This document shows, piece after piece, positions 8,745 to 17,724 of a stretch of 30,199 bases of DNA. How positions within the stretch are numbered: the stretch's first letter is position 1; each line of letters opens with the position of its first letter. The notes below the pieces were generated by a model. The model searched no databases. It saw only the letters and a program-made list of their open reading frames with translations, and was not told the origin of the DNA. Where the stretch lies: IMG/VR virus record IMGVR_UViG_3300032274_000034, positions 1 to 30,199 of that record. One strand, 5' to 3'. A program made the translations under genes and the position numbers. Source of the stretch: a virus (taxonomy: Duplodnaviria; Caudoviricetes).

Positions 8745-10262
8745 CTACAGGTTGTAGCCCAGGTGGACGTTCTTGGTGGTGCCGCTGTCCGGCGTGTCCA
8801 TGACCTCACGGGCCGTGGCCACCAGCTTGATGGCGCCACTCTCGATGTCCTTATCTGTCTCCACCGTGGCACCCCGGCGGACGTAGCGCTGGAAGGCGTC
8901 ACGGTCGAACACGGCACAGCTGGTGGTGGACCCGGACCCGGTGTACTTGCCCGTGGCCGCCATGTCCGAGGACAGGAAGCGGGTCAGGACCAGGGGGATG
9001 CCCAGCAGCTGGGCCAGGGCGCCGGTCAGGATGGTGGCGCCACCCCCGTAGTTCTGGATGGTCAGGACTTCCGACAGAGTCAAGAAGTCGGTCACCAGGG
9101 CTTCCGGGGACACCAGGCCCACCAGGTTGCCCACGGCCCGCTCACCCAGGTCCGCGAGCATCCCGGCCCACTTTGCCACGCTGATGGACCCGGCCAGGTC
9201 CGTGGCCGCGCTGGTCTCGAACGCGCGATGGCGGAAGCCGGTACCCAGCTTGCGGTGGTCATCGGCGCCACCCAGGCCCACGCTGCCCCAGCGGCCCCGC
9301 GTGTTCCAGCTGGACAGGGCGCTGTCCGTGCTGGTGGAGCCCTGGCCGTTGACCATGTAGTCCTCAAAGCCGTCATCCAGGGCGTTGACAATCTCCCGGC
9401 GCAGCACGGTGGCCGCCGCGATGGCGGAATCCTCCACAGCCGCGTCATCCGCCATCACCAGGACGGCCAGGCCCTTCAGGTTGATGGTGGCGTTGTCCGT
9501 GGTGATGTCCCCGGCCTTGTACTTGCGGGGGTCGTTGGTGGTGACCTGGCCCTTGATGTAGGGGCGCGCGCCCCTGGTCAACTTGGGGCGCAGCACCACG
9601 TTGCTGTTGACCCGGACTTCCGGCAGCAGGGCCCGCAGGCGCCGGGGGACCATGAACTCCTGGTAGAGCGTGGGCAGGAACTCATCGGGAATCCACTCGG
9701 AACCCGCGTTGGTGCCGTCGTGGAAGGTCTTCTGGACGGCCTTGAAGTGGGCTTCCAGCGCCTGGCGCAGCGGGGCGCTGGGGCAGCGCTCCATGTGGAT
9801 GACCAGGTCCGCGTCCAGGTTCGGGGTGTGGGGCGTGGCCTTGCTCATCCGCTGGGCCAGGCGCGCCAGGTTGCGCATGGTGTACATGCGCACCAGGTCC
9901 GCGTGCCACTGGTCCGCCGGGAAAGGGTCCGTCAACAGGCCCCACTGGGTGGTCTTCACCACCTCGTTGTTGGGCAGGGTGATGGACCGCGCGCCGCTGC
10001 CCAGCCGGACGTGTCCGGGGTCGTCGGACTTGTGCCCCCCGTTGATGTAGCTGCGCAGCTTGGAGTCACCACCGTAGGGCTCCGGCTCCGTGAAGTTGCG
10101 CTCAGTCAGAACGCGGTGGGCCGCCTTGACGGCCTCCACCTTCTGGTCCAGCTGCTCAAAACGGGCCGTGGCCGCGTCCGCGCGGTCGGCCAGCTCCTGC
10201 TGGCGCTTGACCACCTCGTTGAACTTCTTCTGGGCTTCGGCGCGCTGGGCATCAGTGGCCAT
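8745..10262 (-). CDS. Major capsid protein (HK97 fold) with long N-terminal delta domain
   Basis: N-terminal coiled coil, 'GSEWIPDEF', 'DDAAVEDSAIAAATVLRREIVNAL..FEDYMVNG', 'LLGIPLVLT'; GAGGAG RBS. Confidence 0.93.
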   Translation of the reverse strand: MATDAQRAEAQKKFNEVVKRQQELADRADAATARFEQLDQKVEAVKAAHRVLTERNFTEPEPYGGDSKLRSYINGGHKSDDPGHVRLGSGARSITLPNNEVVKTTQWGLLTDPFPADQWHADLVRMYTMRNLARLAQRMSKATPHTPNLDADLVIHMERCPSAPLRQALEAHFKAVQKTFHDGTNAGSEWIPDEFLPTLYQEFMVPRRLRALLPEVRVNSNVVLRPKLTRGARPYIKGQVTTNDPRKYKAGDITTDNATINLKGLAVLVMADDAAVEDSAIAAATVLRREIVNALDDGFEDYMVNGQGSTSTDSALSSWNTRGRWGSVGLGGADDHRKLGTGFRHRAFETSAATDLAGSISVAKWAGMLADLGERAVGNLVGLVSPEALVTDFLTLSEVLTIQNYGGGATILTGALAQLLGIPLVLTRFLSSDMAATGKYTGSGSTTSCAVFDRDAFQRYVRRGATVETDKDIESGAIKLVATAREVMDTPDSGTTKNVHLGYNL

Positions 10263-10274
10263 GTCTTACTCCTC

Positions 10275-11165
10275 TCAGTACAAGATTCCGGCCCACTGGT
10301 CATCAGTGGACTCGGAAGTGGTGGCCGCCTTGTTGGGCGCCGGGGTGAAGTTGGGGTCAGGGGCGGCCATCTTCAGGGCCTTGTTGAGCTTCAACAGCTC
10401 CTGACGGGTAGGGGTGTGGGTGCGCAGCGCATGGCACAGCGCGTCCATGAAGACCTGGCGGGACATGCCCTTGCCAGCCGTGACCACCAGGAAGTCATCC
10501 TGGTCAGCCGGGGCGGACCCGTTGACGTTGACCAGGCCACGCTGGCCTGGGGGCAGTCCCATGGCTTTGGCGGCCAGCGCTTCCTGTTGCACGGGAACCG
10601 GGGCCGTGGACAGCTCCAGAAGTTCAGCCGTCTGGATGAAGAACCCATAGTCCGACTTGGCAGGGTGCCCATCTTCCAGCGCGCTGCGCATGGCCCACGA
10701 CAGGGGCCGGAAGCCCACGGACGTGCCCCGGACGTATCCGCCGCCGTAGCTGGCCGCCCAGTCTCGCCCCGCCTGGGTGCGCAGGTTCCAGTGAATGGTC
10801 ATCGTCAGGGCGGGGCCCTTGACGGCTTCCAGGTTGTCATGGATGACCAGGTCCAGGCCCTTGCCCACGGGGGGCACGCTGTAGTCATGGGCTGGCTGGA
10901 TGACCGGGTTGGCCTTGAAGTTGTCCAGCTCCCATCCGGCTTGCACGATGATGTCATCGTACCGGTCAGCGGCTTCCGTGGAAGCAATCACGTCCGTGGA
11001 CTTGGGCAGGTCATCGGGGTCATCGTCACCCCCGGCGCCGGACTCATCGTCATCACCATCATCCGCCTTCACGGCGGGGCCTGGTGACCTGGTCCACATC
11101 GTGATGGCGCCGGTTTCAGCCAGGCGCAACACAATCAGACGCTCTTCCATGGTCAGACGTTGCAT
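10275..11165 (-). CDS. HK97-family prohead protease
   Basis: 'ASTEAADRYDDIIVQAGWELDNFKANPVIQPAHDYSVPPVGK', 'GTSVGFRP', 'ELLELSTAPVPVQQEAL'; AAGGGAG before the ATG at 11165. Confidence 0.92.
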   Translation of the reverse strand: MQRLTMEERLIVLRLAETGAITMWTRSPGPAVKADDGDDDESGAGGDDDPDDLPKSTDVIASTEAADRYDDIIVQAGWELDNFKANPVIQPAHDYSVPPVGKGLDLVIHDNLEAVKGPALTMTIHWNLRTQAGRDWAASYGGGYVRGTSVGFRPLSWAMRSALEDGHPAKSDYGFFIQTAELLELSTAPVPVQQEALAAKAMGLPPGQRGLVNVNGSAPADQDDFLVVTAGKGMSRQVFMDALCHALRTHTPTRQELLKLNKALKMAAPDPNFTPAPNKAATTSESTDDQWAGILY

Positions 11166-11218
11166 GACGCTCCCTTGAATCGGTGTAGCACGACACATCT
11201 TGACGTGTCGAGTTTCGG

Positions 11219-13327
11219 TCAGATTTCCGGCACGCTCATCACGTGGGTTTCCACTGCACAACGGCAGTTGATGTCCTCTTCAGGGACACCGAACCCACCA
11301 GGGTGCGCGGCCTGGTGACCGTCGCCAGAAGTGAAGACCCCGGACACTTCAGCGCGCTGGCCGTCCATGGCCGTGTGGGACTCCCTGGTGGCGTCATCCA
11401 CAGCGGACAGCCACCCCTTTTGGATGTCCAGGCCCCGGCTCTCAGCCTCTTCCTGTGCTGCCTGGGTGCCCATGGACACGGCCACCGTGGCTTCCGTCCG
11501 AGCGATGGTCAGTGACCTGGCGGGGCTGAAGGCGTTGGCCTTCAAGATGGCCTCTTGCATGGCCCCCACGCTGGCCCCTTCAGCCAGTCCGAGTTCCACC
11601 AGCACGCGGATGGCGTCTGTTTGCGTCCTGGTGGCGTTCTTGACCAGGCCCTGAAGCTGGCGCACCACTTCCGGCCTGGCCGGGTTGAACTCCAACCCAT
11701 CCACAGGCAGCTGGGACGCTGTGCTGGTGGCGGCCAGCACCCAGGTCCGGCGCCAGGCGGGGCCCACGGCGTCCAGCATCAGCTGGCGTTCAGCAGCTTC
11801 ATCCACCACGTCTTCCAGGTTGACGGCCTTGACCATGGCCTTGCCCCCGGCGGCTTCCGCCAGGCGCTGGCTGTACCGCTGGGCAGCGGCCCGCAGGTAG
11901 CCGCTGATGGTGGCCTTCAAGCGCTTCTCAGCTGGCTTGTGTGACTTGACCAGCCAGGCTTCCCACACAGTCCGCCTGTCCACGGACTTGGACATGGCCA
12001 TCATGTACAAGGCGTCCGCCTTGTCATCGTCATCCACTTCAGCGTCCGAGGACTCCACAGGGTCTTCAGCCGCGTCCGCCCCGCTGTCATCGTCCGCCGG
12101 GGCCGCCGGGTCCGGCGCCGGGGCCAGCTCCACCACCTCTTCACTGACCGGCGCCCCGGCCAGCCCTTCATACGCGTACGCTTCCGCCGGGGTGGCCCCG
12201 GCCTCCATGTGCATGTGGGCCCGCTTCACCTGTTCCGTCCGCTCGCCTTGCAGGGGCAGCACCCCGCTGAAGTCATGGCGGATGTACAGCCGCTTCCCCT
12301 TGTACCTGGGGTACAGCCAGGCCAGGGACTTTGTCAGCCTGGCGTCCAGCAGGGCCGCTTCCTGCTTCAACCCACGCCAGTACACGGCGTCCTGTTGCCT
12401 GGCCGTGGCGTAGTTGGCCACCTCCATGCCCAGGATGACAGGGGGTGTCTGACCGGCGGCCATCATGCCCTGGCGGATGCTGGCGTCCAGCTTGGCGTAC
12501 TCCATGTCACGGGGCTTCAAGTTCAGGAATGTGGGCTTGACCGCCCCGGACAGCACCAGGGGGCCGCCTTTCTTCACCATCCCCTTCCACGCGTCCAGCA
12601 CTTCCTTGCGCGTCTCTTCATTCCACATGTCCCCACCTTCCGCCGGGGCCAGGGTCACGTCAGGGCGCCCCTGTGTGGACAGCTTGCGCTGATGGTTGCG
12701 GCTGGCCATCTTGGTGGCCAGGTCATCAGACAGGGCCCGCACCATGCCCACCCCATACAGACCTTCCGGCCCCCGTATCCAGCTGGTGTTCTTGACGTGG
12801 ATGACCAGGTCCGGGGCGTACGGCTTCCGCCCATCCCCCATGTCATGCTCATACGCCTTGACCGCACGTCCGTGCCTGTTGGGGATGATGCGCATGTCTT
12901 CCGGGTGAACGCGCATCATGCTGACCGGCGGGGTGAGGCCGTCTGACCCCACCTTCACCGCGTAGTAGTTCCCGTCCAGCTGGAAGTCCACGAACAGCTG
13001 GCGCCGGAACTCCACCCCCGTGGTGTCACTGCTGGGGTCTTCCAGCAGGTCCAGAAGGTCATGGGTGGTCAGCTGTTCAGCTTCCGGGTCCATATCGGGG
13101 TTGCCCGCGTACAGCCTGATGGGAAGGCTGGCCAGGTCCGCGCCACGGCGCTGAACCATGGCGTACACCAGCGGGAACCGAGAAAACGCGGACATGGCGT
13201 ACGCGCTGGGGTACGGCTTCTCACGTGCGAAGTCCCCCGCTGAATCAGCCCCGTGGTCCGGCTCTTCCAGCAGGGTGACCAGGTCCAGCAGGGCCTTGCC
13301 AGCCCACATCAACGGGTTCCAACGCAT
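11219..13327 (-). CDS. Portal protein fused to a Mu gpF/SPP1 gp7-like head morphogenesis domain
   Basis: Portal motifs ('DLLEDPS', 'QLDGNYY', 'VIHVK', 'GLYGVG', 'PPVILG..NYATA'), an acidic linker, then 'IARTEA..KGWLSAVDDATRESHTAMDGQ..HPG..EEDINCRC'; GACAGGAGG RBS before the ATG at 13327. Confidence 0.92.
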   Translation of the reverse strand: MRWNPLMWAGKALLDLVTLLEEPDHGADSAGDFAREKPYPSAYAMSAFSRFPLVYAMVQRRGADLASLPIRLYAGNPDMDPEAEQLTTHDLLDLLEDPSSDTTGVEFRRQLFVDFQLDGNYYAVKVGSDGLTPPVSMMRVHPEDMRIIPNRHGRAVKAYEHDMGDGRKPYAPDLVIHVKNTSWIRGPEGLYGVGMVRALSDDLATKMASRNHQRKLSTQGRPDVTLAPAEGGDMWNEETRKEVLDAWKGMVKKGGPLVLSGAVKPTFLNLKPRDMEYAKLDASIRQGMMAAGQTPPVILGMEVANYATARQQDAVYWRGLKQEAALLDARLTKSLAWLYPRYKGKRLYIRHDFSGVLPLQGERTEQVKRAHMHMEAGATPAEAYAYEGLAGAPVSEEVVELAPAPDPAAPADDDSGADAAEDPVESSDAEVDDDDKADALYMMAMSKSVDRRTVWEAWLVKSHKPAEKRLKATISGYLRAAAQRYSQRLAEAAGGKAMVKAVNLEDVVDEAAERQLMLDAVGPAWRRTWVLAATSTASQLPVDGLEFNPARPEVVRQLQGLVKNATRTQTDAIRVLVELGLAEGASVGAMQEAILKANAFSPARSLTIARTEATVAVSMGTQAAQEEAESRGLDIQKGWLSAVDDATRESHTAMDGQRAEVSGVFTSGDGHQAAHPGGFGVPEEDINCRCAVETHVMSVPEI

Positions 13328-13413
13328 GGGGATGACCTCCTGTCCGGTCGCGGACCTTCCTGACGAGAGTAGCGCAGCACTCAAGCCAGCGCGAGTACAG
13401 CCGGACCTGGCTG

Positions 13414-15027
13414 TCAGCTGCTGGCCCCGGCGCCCCGCTGTCTGTCCAGCATGTACAGGATGTACCTGAGTGCATCCATAGCGTGGTCATTCGCCTTCAG
13501 CGGCTGTTCCGGCTGGTCCCCCTTGGACGTGGTGGTGTCCCAGATGTAGCCCTCAAACTCATTGATGAGTTCCACACAGCAGTCATGCACCACCAGGTGG
13601 GGCTTGCTGGACAGGTCATGCTGGCCCTTCTTGATGGCCAGCCTGGCCGCCACGGCGTTGATTCCAGCACGGACATCATTGCGGGCCCTGGACAGGGCCA
13701 GGCCAGCCGCTTGCGCCTGGCGTATCAGGTCCGGCCTGGCCGGGTCCGCCCACCTGGAACGGATGCTGGGTTCCGTCCGGCCTGGGTGCGCCTGGCAGGT
13801 CTCACAGGCCACCTGTACCAGCCATTCAGCCCCGTCATCGTCCGCCTCACAGGGCAGCATCACAGTCATGGTGCCGGACGTACCATAGGCTTTGACCTCG
13901 CGTTCCCTGTGGTAGTCGGCTGACTCCAGACGTTCCCAGCCGTCATCAGGGTACGGGCCCACCAGGCCCCGGACTGGGTGGCCGTGACAGCTGGGGCAGC
14001 TCTCAATCTGCTGGACGGCCAGGACGTGGTCAGCCAGCAGGACGTTGGACTGGTACCGCTCCCTGTACACGTGGACCACGTCATCATGGGGGTCAACGGC
14101 CACCCACAGGATGGCTTGGGGGTTGCGATAGCCGAAGTCCCAGCCCTGGTACCGCTTCCAGCCCAGCGGGATGGGGAAGCTGGGGACCACGTGGCTGTGG
14201 CGCTGGAAGTCGCTGTACACCCTGCCTTCCAGGCTGGTGAACTCGCCCCGCTCGCGTGCTGCCCTCTCATGCGCCCCGTACTGGGCCAGCAGGGCCTGTA
14301 AGACGTGCTGGGGCATGTAGGGGTTGTGGGTGGAGTTCAGCGCGTACACGCCGCTGTAGGCTTCCGGCTTGTTTTCAAACCGCTTCCACACCCAGGTCCG
14401 CCCCTTCAGCGGAGTCATGGTCATCAGGACGCGTCCGGCCCTGTCAGCGCAGCGCATCCGGCCCTCATTGAAGACGGGCTCACTGTGCTCTTCATCCATC
14501 CACAGGAAGTTCCAGTCAGCGCCCTGGAAGGCTTCACGGCCCTGCTGGTCCGACTTGAACAGGATGATTCCGCCACCAGGCAGACGCGCCACGGCGGGGC
14601 CGCGTCCGTCCCTGTTCAGCCAGGTGGTCCCTTCTGGCAGGAACTTTTCACACTTCGGACGCATCACGTTGACGCTGTCTTCCGAGCGCTTGGCAGATGC
14701 GCACACCACGCCAGGGCCTGGCTGGATGGCGGACACGTCCAGCCCGTTGCGAGTAGCCCACAGCTGGACGGCTGGGTGGTCCCTACCCAGCGCCCACGCC
14801 ACACACAGCATGGCCCCGGCTTCCGTCTTCCCTGACCGGTTCCCGCCCTTCAGCAAGAACACCAGCAGGTCCGGCGCCAGGGCCTGCTGGACAGCCACGC
14901 GCTGGCTGGTCATCGGGGTGGGGTTGTGCCACAGGTTCACCCCGGCCAGGGGTACACGGCGCACCAGCTCACGCAGGGCCGCCAGGGCGGCCAGGCCCCG
15001 GCGGACCTTGTCAGACCTGGCGGTCAA
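13414..15027 (-). CDS. terL: Terminase large subunit
   Basis: Walker A 'GGNRSGKT', Walker B 'FLWMDEE', coupling motif 'MTMTP', nuclease motifs 'GWDFGYRNP', 'ADPA', 'NDHAMDALRY'. Confidence 0.95.
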   Translation of the reverse strand: MTARSDKVRRGLAALAALRELVRRVPLAGVNLWHNPTPMTSQRVAVQQALAPDLLVFLLKGGNRSGKTEAGAMLCVAWALGRDHPAVQLWATRNGLDVSAIQPGPGVVCASAKRSEDSVNVMRPKCEKFLPEGTTWLNRDGRGPAVARLPGGGIILFKSDQQGREAFQGADWNFLWMDEEHSEPVFNEGRMRCADRAGRVLMTMTPLKGRTWVWKRFENKPEAYSGVYALNSTHNPYMPQHVLQALLAQYGAHERAARERGEFTSLEGRVYSDFQRHSHVVPSFPIPLGWKRYQGWDFGYRNPQAILWVAVDPHDDVVHVYRERYQSNVLLADHVLAVQQIESCPSCHGHPVRGLVGPYPDDGWERLESADYHREREVKAYGTSGTMTVMLPCEADDDGAEWLVQVACETCQAHPGRTEPSIRSRWADPARPDLIRQAQAAGLALSRARNDVRAGINAVAARLAIKKGQHDLSSKPHLVVHDCCVELINEFEGYIWDTTTSKGDQPEQPLKANDHAMDALRYILYMLDRQRGAGASS

Positions 15028-15580
15028 GGGGCATCCCCAGCGCCAGCATCAGCCCCGCCACCACGGCGGCCTGGTCCTGGTTTGCGTCCACCTCGTACAC
15101 GGGCAACTCCCTGGCCTTGACCAGCTGGGTGAAGTTCCAGGCCCTGGTCCGCGCCCCCTTGCGCCAGCTGACGTTCTGGCCTGTCCCCCTGGCCAGACAC
15201 CTGGCGTCCAGCTGGGCCTGGTCAGCCACCACGTGGGCCAGGCGGATGTCCGCCTGGACATGACAGCCCTGTAGCCAGTCCAGCGTGGGCCTGGTGGCCA
15301 TCCTGGCGCCGTCCAGCAGGGTGTACCTGTAGTCAGCTGCCAGGTTGTCCGCCCAGTACCTGATGGCCTCCCTGGCGCCTGAGTACGGGACGGTGTCACC
15401 ACCGTCATGGACAGCCCCGGTGTAGTGGCCCACGGCGCAGATGGAACGACCACTGGCCAGCGTCCACTTGGGGCGCTGGTTCAGGGTGTGGAACTCCCCC
15501 AACAGCCGCCTGACAGCCGTTGTCTTCCCAGCGCCTGGTGGTCCCACGATGAACAATACGATGGGCTTCCTACTCATCAT
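15011..15580 (-). CDS. P-loop nucleotide kinase-like protein
   Basis: 'IVLFIVGPPGAGKTT', 'VGHY..DGGDTV', 'LLDGARM', lid 'LDARCLARGTGQNVSWRKGARTR'; NMP-kinase-like architecture. Confidence 0.75.
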   Translation of the reverse strand: MMSRKPIVLFIVGPPGAGKTTAVRRLLGEFHTLNQRPKWTLASGRSICAVGHYTGAVHDGGDTVPYSGAREAIRYWADNLAADYRYTLLDGARMATRPTLDWLQGCHVQADIRLAHVVADQAQLDARCLARGTGQNVSWRKGARTRAWNFTQLVKARELPVYEVDANQDQAAVVAGLMLALGMPLDRQV

Positions 15581-15800
15581 CCGGCCTGTACAGGTGTGCT
15601 CTGCGACACATAGCCACAGGCTTGAAGCACTTCCCACCGTCCTTGTGAAGCCGTGAGCGGGGTTCGGCCTGGGGGCCGCGTCCGGTGAAGTTCAGGTGTC
15701 CGGCCAGGTCATGGCACAGCTGGCGCTGGGCCCACACAGGCAACCCCAGCACCCTGTTGCAGAACTCCACGTAGTCCTTGTCTGAGAAGTCATCCGGCAT
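15570..15800 (-). CDS. Hypothetical protein
   Basis: ATG at 15800 (MPDDFSDKDYVEFC...) with AAGGCGG upstream; stop overlaps the kinase start. Confidence 0.55.
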   Translation of the reverse strand: MPDDFSDKDYVEFCNRVLGLPVWAQRQLCHDLAGHLNFTGRGPQAEPRSRLHKDGGKCFKPVAMCRRAHLYRPDDE

Positions 15801-15886
15801 GTCATCCGCCTTTATCGTATACGTTAATCCATCCCAGCCACCAGGGTGTCCGCTGGGCCACCACGCACAACACGGGCCGCTGACAG

Positions 15887-16231
15887 CTACCTGACAGCCG
15901 CCAGCTTCAGGCAGAACGGAACCCAGCACCACGCCACCAGGCACAGCACCACGGCCCACGTGGGCAGCACGCCCAGCACGCGCCCCCAGAAGGGCCTGGC
16001 CGCCACCTGCTGGTCCGTGACTTCCGGCCCCATCACCACCAGGGGGCCCACCACCCAGCGCGTCCGCCATGTGCGGACCCTGGACTGGATGCTGAAGACT
16101 TGCGCCCCGCCGTCCGGCCTCGGATGGACGCCCACGCTGACCACGTCCGCCTTGGTGTAGACCTTCCCGCTGGTCACCTTCCAGCCCAGCCACAGCCAGG
16201 ACCAGGCCAGGGTGTACCCACGAATGGTCAC
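15887..16231 (-). CDS. Hypothetical membrane protein
   Basis: 114 aa with a C-terminal hydrophobic segment; GTGA overlap with the upstream gene. Confidence 0.6.
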   Translation of the reverse strand: MTIRGYTLAWSWLWLGWKVTSGKVYTKADVVSVGVHPRPDGGAQVFSIQSRVRTWRTRWVVGPLVVMGPEVTDQQVAARPFWGRVLGVLPTWAVVLCLVAWCWVPFCLKLAAVR

Positions 16232-16710
16232 AGGTTCAGCACCAGCTCTTCAGCTGGCGTCCCTTCTGGGGCTTCACGCACCAGGGCAAACCCCATCATC
16301 ACCTGGTTCTGGATGCCGCCAGTGGCCTGGTGGACAGCCAGCTGGTCAGGACTGGCCAGAACAGGCGGGGGGACAGGGACGGGGACCACCACCACGTTGA
16401 CCGTCAACGCCTTCCAGCCGTCAGCCAGCATCCGCACCAGCACGGCGTTGGCATGGGCTGACGGGGCGATAAGCGCCATCTGCTGGCGCCCCCCGCAGTC
16501 CTCCGCCGGTTTGGGCAGGTACTTTTCGCGCATGGCCCTGGCCGCCCCTTTGGCTTCTTTCTCCAGCCGCTTGCGCTGTTTCCTGTTGGGCCTGGCCTGG
16601 TCCAGCAGGGCGTCCGCCGCCTTGCCGTTGACCTTCTCTTGCAGCGCCCTGGCGGACGCTTTGGCCAGCAGGTCACCCACGGGGTTGTTGTCGTTGTTGT
16701 CGGACTGCAT
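16228..16710 (-). CDS. Hypothetical protein
   Basis: 160 aa, 'PNRKQRKRLEK' motif, ACAGGAG RBS; coupled to the TerS-like stop codon. Confidence 0.7.
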   Translation of the reverse strand: MQSDNNDNNPVGDLLAKASARALQEKVNGKAADALLDQARPNRKQRKRLEKEAKGAARAMREKYLPKPAEDCGGRQQMALIAPSAHANAVLVRMLADGWKALTVNVVVVPVPVPPPVLASPDQLAVHQATGGIQNQVMMGFALVREAPEGTPAEELVLNL

Positions 16711-17297
16711 CAGGACTCCTGTGTAGGCTTAAACGCCACGTCAATCAGCTGGGCTGGTTCCAGCCCTGCCATGTCTGCTATCTCGGGAAGGGCGGCCATC
16801 AGGTCCGCCAGCATGACCCGTGGGTCCGTGCTGCTGGCACCTTCCAGCAACACGTCCACCTTCAAGGGCTCATCCAGCCCCAGCAACTTAATCCGCAGGG
16901 CGTGCAAGTCAGCGACCACAGCGGCCATCCTGGCGTCCGGGGCTGTCCTGGTGACGATGACTTCCACTTCCCCATCATCGGCTTCATCACCTTCCGACGC
17001 CACCACCCGTTCACTGATGATGGCCCCGCCTATGGCGACTTGCGCACACGCACCCAGGAAGGCTTCCAGCTGGGCCAGGGCTTCAGCCCGCTTTGTGGTG
17101 CGGTCTGTACCCTCGAATGAGCGGCGCCAGGACTCCATGATGCTGGCCCTGTCTCGCTCAATCTGGCGGGGGGTGACGTTCCAGTGTTCGGACAGCTCAC
17201 GGCACACCTTCCGGGTCCAGCTGCCTGACAGCATCTTGAACTCAACAGCGTCCAGCCTGGCCTCCACCTGGCGCTTGGTGTGCTTGCGTCCTGCCAT
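16710..17297 (-). CDS. Putative terminase small subunit
   Basis: N-terminal HTH-like 'RKVCRELSEHWNVTPRQIERD' and C-terminal 'RIKLLGLDEPLKVDV' typical of TerS-like proteins; upstream of TerL. Confidence 0.7.
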   Translation of the reverse strand: MAGRKHTKRQVEARLDAVEFKMLSGSWTRKVCRELSEHWNVTPRQIERDRASIMESWRRSFEGTDRTTKRAEALAQLEAFLGACAQVAIGGAIISERVVASEGDEADDGEVEVIVTRTAPDARMAAVVADLHALRIKLLGLDEPLKVDVLLEGASSTDPRVMLADLMAALPEIADMAGLEPAQLIDVAFKPTQES

Positions 17298-17524
17298 CAG
17301 GGGCCGATGTTCTTCAAGGACTCACGGCCCACCCGGATGACCAGCACGATGATGACCACCATCATGATGAAGGCCAGCGCCAGGACCAGGCCGATGACCA
17401 GGGGGTCCACGTTCAACAGCTGCAACACCCCGGCTGTCAGCGCCAGGGGCAGCACCACGGCCACCCCCACGCTGAACAGGGCCGCGCTGATGTTGGCCAC
17501 CTTGCGCCGCTGGATGGGGCTCAC
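17297..17524 (-). CDS. Small two-TM membrane protein
   Basis: 75 aa with two hydrophobic stretches; overlaps both neighbours. Confidence 0.65.
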   Translation of the reverse strand: MSPIQRRKVANISAALFSVGVAVVLPLALTAGVLQLLNVDPLVIGLVLALAFIMMVVIIVLVIRVGRESLKNIGP

Positions 17525-17721
17525 GACCCACCCCCGGCATCCGTCAGCACCACCAGCTCACGGCCAGCCATGCGCCCCAGCGCCCTGATGGCTTCCGCCA
17601 CCTCTTCAGGGGTGTGGCCGTCCTGGCACACCATGTCGATGACCACGGCCAGCTGGCCCGCTGTGGCGTACTGGTACAGGGAAGCCAGGATGGCGGCCTG
17701 TTCCTTGGTGATGCTGTCCAT
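17521..17721 (-). CDS. Hypothetical protein
   Basis: 66 aa, tightly packed between neighbours. Confidence 0.65.
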   Translation of the reverse strand: MDSITKEQAAILASLYQYATAGQLAVVIDMVCQDGHTPEEVAEAIRALGRMAGRELVVLTDAGGGS

Positions 17722-17724
17722 GGT

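Noticed and set aside
8763-11087. 774-aa plus-strand ORF
   Set aside because: Antisense shadow of the capsid and protease genes. Stop-poor reverse frames are expected with GC3 bias, and it has no recognisable motifs or RBS.
13770-14000. Intein in TerL
   Set aside because: No C-terminal His-Asn followed by Cys/Ser/Thr and no Hint motifs; too short.
17297-17524. Holin call for the two-TM protein
   Set aside because: No endolysin or spanin nearby; hydrophobicity alone is insufficient.
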